From Craspedostauros australis (Eukaryota): a stretch of DNA of 61,517 nucleotides. The position numbers and the translations under genes are program-made. Location of the stretch: positions 1 through 61,517 of the forward strand of contig JALAGF010000406.1 in NCBI GenBank assembly GCA_030167865.1. The letters are read 5' to 3'. Under the pieces are notes generated by a model that did not search any database, was not told the origin of the DNA, and worked only from the letters and a program-made list of their open reading frames with translations. Positions 59,101 through 61,517 of the stretch are shown in pieces. Numbering within the stretch: the stretch's first letter is position 1; each line of letters opens with the position of its first letter.

Positions 59101-59518
59101 CACACCTTCTCCGGCGGCCGCAAGCCCACCCGCGGCGGCTGAGATCGCAGCCAGTCCAGCCGTAGCTGCGGGAACGGCAACGAGAGGGAGTTTGGCTGCA
59201 GAAACGACTGGCGCAGAGGATTCCCCATCGAGTAGGAGAGACAACGACAGCCCTGATCCCTCGCAAAAGATCGCGAGCGCCACGAAACCAGCCGCCACAC
59301 CGGACGATGGCAATGATAGGGCAACGGAGAATGTCGAGCCAAAAACCAGTGACGATGGCGACAAAGCAACCCGAGAAGATGTGATCGACGCAAATCAGGC
59401 AACACCAGCTGTTGCTGCCGATGGCAATGACAATGGTGACGACGACGACGACGACGGCGACGACAATGGGGAGGAAACAAACGCGGATGAAGAGGCTCGA
59501 GTGGGGGTGGAGGTTTAA
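56180..59518 (+). CDS. Nucleic-acid-binding protein: RNase H1 N-terminal (hybrid-binding/viroplasmin)-like domain, AT-hook, three helicase-associated (HA) domains
   Basis: FHVVYKS..PALFVDWDDC..YRSFGELHEALDYL; RKRGRPK; three W.ER...L..YK..HG...L..W...Q(R/K)...LT.E....L...G/F repeats at ~58350-59015. ATG 56180 chosen; the frame is open from 55796. Confidence 0.85.
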   Translation: MTTPAATIPALRGGSHQYAGIAASESPQAFHVVYKSPVLKAPALFVDWDDCLSILTRSLAQPAAPGTPEPPQVVIYRSFGELHEALDYLFTGKPQTADPASALAAAGGRSAEQASITTRLYHAFLDKQLKQHAKTQASLKPAAAPAPAASAAAVHHDDDDDDDDDDDDGAAPVMLLNDGDTDSEKSVGKNGGTARQASSQRREDSATAVAKAASNHRKPSPVPASAQSPVQLPVQSPAPASVQAHVQALLRATGNGKPSASPRFNTPEPRSRSPLLAAAATPRSVVGTPQARVEPATLAQPFETSMDEDSLQADHIDAQHPRDLMLTAFESLDDFYVWLSSIDSFTTMARNFFNKHGHLYVQSVLNSTSGNGGQKIGRTVAAAQMRGLRKLLFKSHHVLCDYDRSTPLRQSFPALKSLKADLKAMGMVVVEEDLSPTLSPASASSRTAKRRRLSKKEMESPIHTCAEAQAQRANAEHIHMVGTTACTVLFLKKKIARAHEVTLQFGRLAGVSKKDRSDAQQLGEWCESFDDNLAVLLRQKQEYIRTNFAHDSGDGVAESERFRQFLASFPLPAAPAAASANGATETPAGQPHGSDSIRDWIRDTSQIIADYGVRKKRAETSRSRRSMSAQAAAPDAASGEEPDNAPTPDGNDAATHSGRKRGRPKNKKAAIDAVMLYDILYTKDIEEKIQQLLGMGWPGESGFGAHRSTTPSSIRSRRSSRPNAAVWEERFQQLVMYKQEHGTANVDAKFKQYSKLVGWIRKQKNENTALMAGQPSSLTMEQKARLEGLGLSLKVKTLKSWMERAQEWQAYRATHGKDPLRFSKDGLGKWACQQRFQYRQLTQLGKKSNLTQERIDILTSWGFNWKAHQPVKKRDMSKIKTWDERYEELLQYKEKYGTTKVPQLYPGLGQWVHTQRTDMQKYLLGNRSSMTPEKIKSLNAIHFFFGNRRKSSEGVGPGSNPDEPATPPPAAAAITPSPAAASPPAAAEIAASPAVAAGTATRGSLAAETTGAEDSPSSRRDNDSPDPSQKIASATKPAATPDDGNDRATENVEPKTSDDGDKATREDVIDANQATPAVAADGNDNGDDDDDDGDDNGEETNADEEARVGVEV

Positions 59519-60151
59519 GTGCACCACAGCACCGCGTAGATGTTTCTGCAAGAGTACCGTATACATGGTGGCACGATTGTAGCACGTAGGGGATATGGAT
59601 ATGATTAGTAGTGCAGTGGAGTAGAGTGGAGTATTTAACATATTTTCTTTACTTTCATAGGAAGCATTATATAAGAGCCCATTCAGTCACAAACCAACGA
59701 GTCGCGGGGGGAGCAGTCTACATGCGTTTTCAGGTTATTGCAGAATATTATGCAACGTATTGTGAAGTATATATAAAAAAATGTCCGAGGTGGATCATCA
59801 TTATATTAGATAAGTTATGGGCTGCTGTGGGTTTCAGATAGACTCCTTGTAGGCACGCACGAAGTGAAGACGAACGGATGGTGTCAGAACACGATTTCGT
59901 TGATGGGGCTTCGGATCGACGAGAAATACAGCATCACAGTTGCCAGCTGGTGGTTTCTGGTGGATTCCAAAGAGAGAGGCTAGCGCTAAGTAGCGAGAAG
60001 CCTTGACACCTTTTTTTTGGTCTTCGAAGATGTCAAACAAGACAAAATTGATCTTTTGGGGGCAACGAGAGAATATCAACGTTAAACATGAATCATCCTT
60101 TGTATGTGCTTCTGTCGTGCGTTCTCTGTTTGACTCGTGCTGGAAAATATT

Positions 60152-60205
60152 NNNNNNNNNNNNNNNNNNNNNNNNNNNNNNNNNNNNNNNNNNNNNNNNN
60201 NNNNN
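60152..60205. other. Assembly gap (N run)
   Basis: 54 Ns. Confidence 1.
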
Positions 60206-61517
60206 ATGCGTACAGACGGATGTTCTGCCATGTACATAGCACCAGAATGAATTGACGATCGTGTGGTTCCGTTTCTGTTCCCGTTCCTGTCTCACCAAAA
60301 GTCGTGCCGAATTGGTTGCATCTGGCAGGCGTGCTTCATGACCGTCGCAACGAAACGTCAGGAGAGCGAGACAAATTGATTGGACCGAGAATCAAATGAT
60401 GACGTTTGATAGTGTCAACGACGAAATCAAGTGAACAATCATCTCATTTTGAATGTAAACCTGCATCATACACATATCACGCCTGTAGACATTATGTAGA
60501 CAAGTTCTTTTGAGGACGAACTCTATTGTAGGACATGACGCAAGCCAATATGTAAACTGAACACCCTTGCTCCAAAGTGATGATGAGCAGGAGGGTTCCA
60601 CCATTTCCCTCCCCCAGCTTCCTCACTACCACCCAGAAGACTACAGTCACTTCAATGCTTCATCAATGCTCTACTTCTGAGGTTCAAAATGATGGTGTCA
60701 GGGGAATTGTCTCAGGGTGCGATCCGCCTATAGTTCCATTTCCAGTTCACAAGCACTGCCATGGCTGGTGACGCATTGCCTCCAAGGCCTTGGTGCATGG
60801 CTTGGACCCACAGAATGAGCTGGGCAGTCTGCTCAGTGTGCGGATGATGCTCCCAAAGTGGGTGCAGGACTGCAGGGATGGTGGTTGGCGGGCATGTTTG
60901 CAGCATCTGAAAATATTGGAGCAGCACGGGCGTTGTGTCATCGGAAGTCTGGGACGCCTTGACCTTGGTCTGGTCCTGCCATTGCATCAGTGTCGTGTGC
61001 CACATGAGGTTGGTGACACTGTCCTGCCAATTGTGAAGTAGTCAAGGGCACGCCTCCGATTGTGAGGTGCCATGGGAGGTGCTTGTGCACTCCACTGCAT
61101 TGCCCATCTGCCCTAAATCATGGCCATCCAGCCTACTTTGCTTTGCTGCAGCTGTATGGATTTGGTGGGGGAGTTGCGAACGCCGGAGAGACAATGGTGT
61201 CAACATGGCTTGGATCCAACACCTGATGTTGAACAGCGTGGACAGGACTATCCACAAATGTCTAGCACAACCATCAACCATGTTGTTGATCACAGCATCA
61301 CTCTCCATCATCATCTCAGTCTGAGGATGCATTGAACTGGAACGCCTGTCANGTATGTNCATGACACAGTTACTTCTACAGAAGGTCAAAACCTCAGAAT
61401 CCTGGATGGAACCCATCACTCTCCAATCTTTGCGACAGTGGAAAGCTGGAATGCAACTGCTGGCTGATGGAGTGCCAATGAAGTACACAAACAAAGCATC
61501 ACCGCACATACAAAAAA

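Noticed and set aside
58337-59641. 434-aa - strand ORF
   Set aside because: Antisense shadow of the HA-domain gene.
1-61517. tRNA, rRNA or other structured ncRNA genes
   Set aside because: None recognised by eye; tRNAscan-SE/Infernal would be needed to exclude them.

Overview
Eukaryotic nuclear DNA, most likely a diatom. Evidence: GT-AG introns, bipartite signal+ASAFAP-type plastid presequences, a CoDi-type Ty1/copia element, helicase-associated (HA) domain repeats and a silicanin-like protein. The left end holds a P-loop NTPase gene that runs off the window and is absent from the ORF track. It is followed by a ~7.2 kb decayed copia retrotransposon (- strand) with mismatched LTRs, an in-frame gag/pol UGA followed by a long stem-loop, and a nested LTR insertion with a 5-bp TSD spanning an assembly gap. 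The gene-dense middle encodes: a plastid thioredoxin behind eight TGACGT sites, a membrane trypsin, IMPACT/YigZ, a GPCR with one nonsense codon, NOT3, a silicanin-like protein, cytosolic GluRS, a RING-TPR-DnaJ fusion, a plastid MATE transporter, a PDZ protein, a Cys-rich GPI protein, several hypotheticals, and an RNase H1-HBD/AT-hook/HA-repeat protein. The right end is gapped, degenerate sequence. All calls come from reading motifs by eye; no searches were run.
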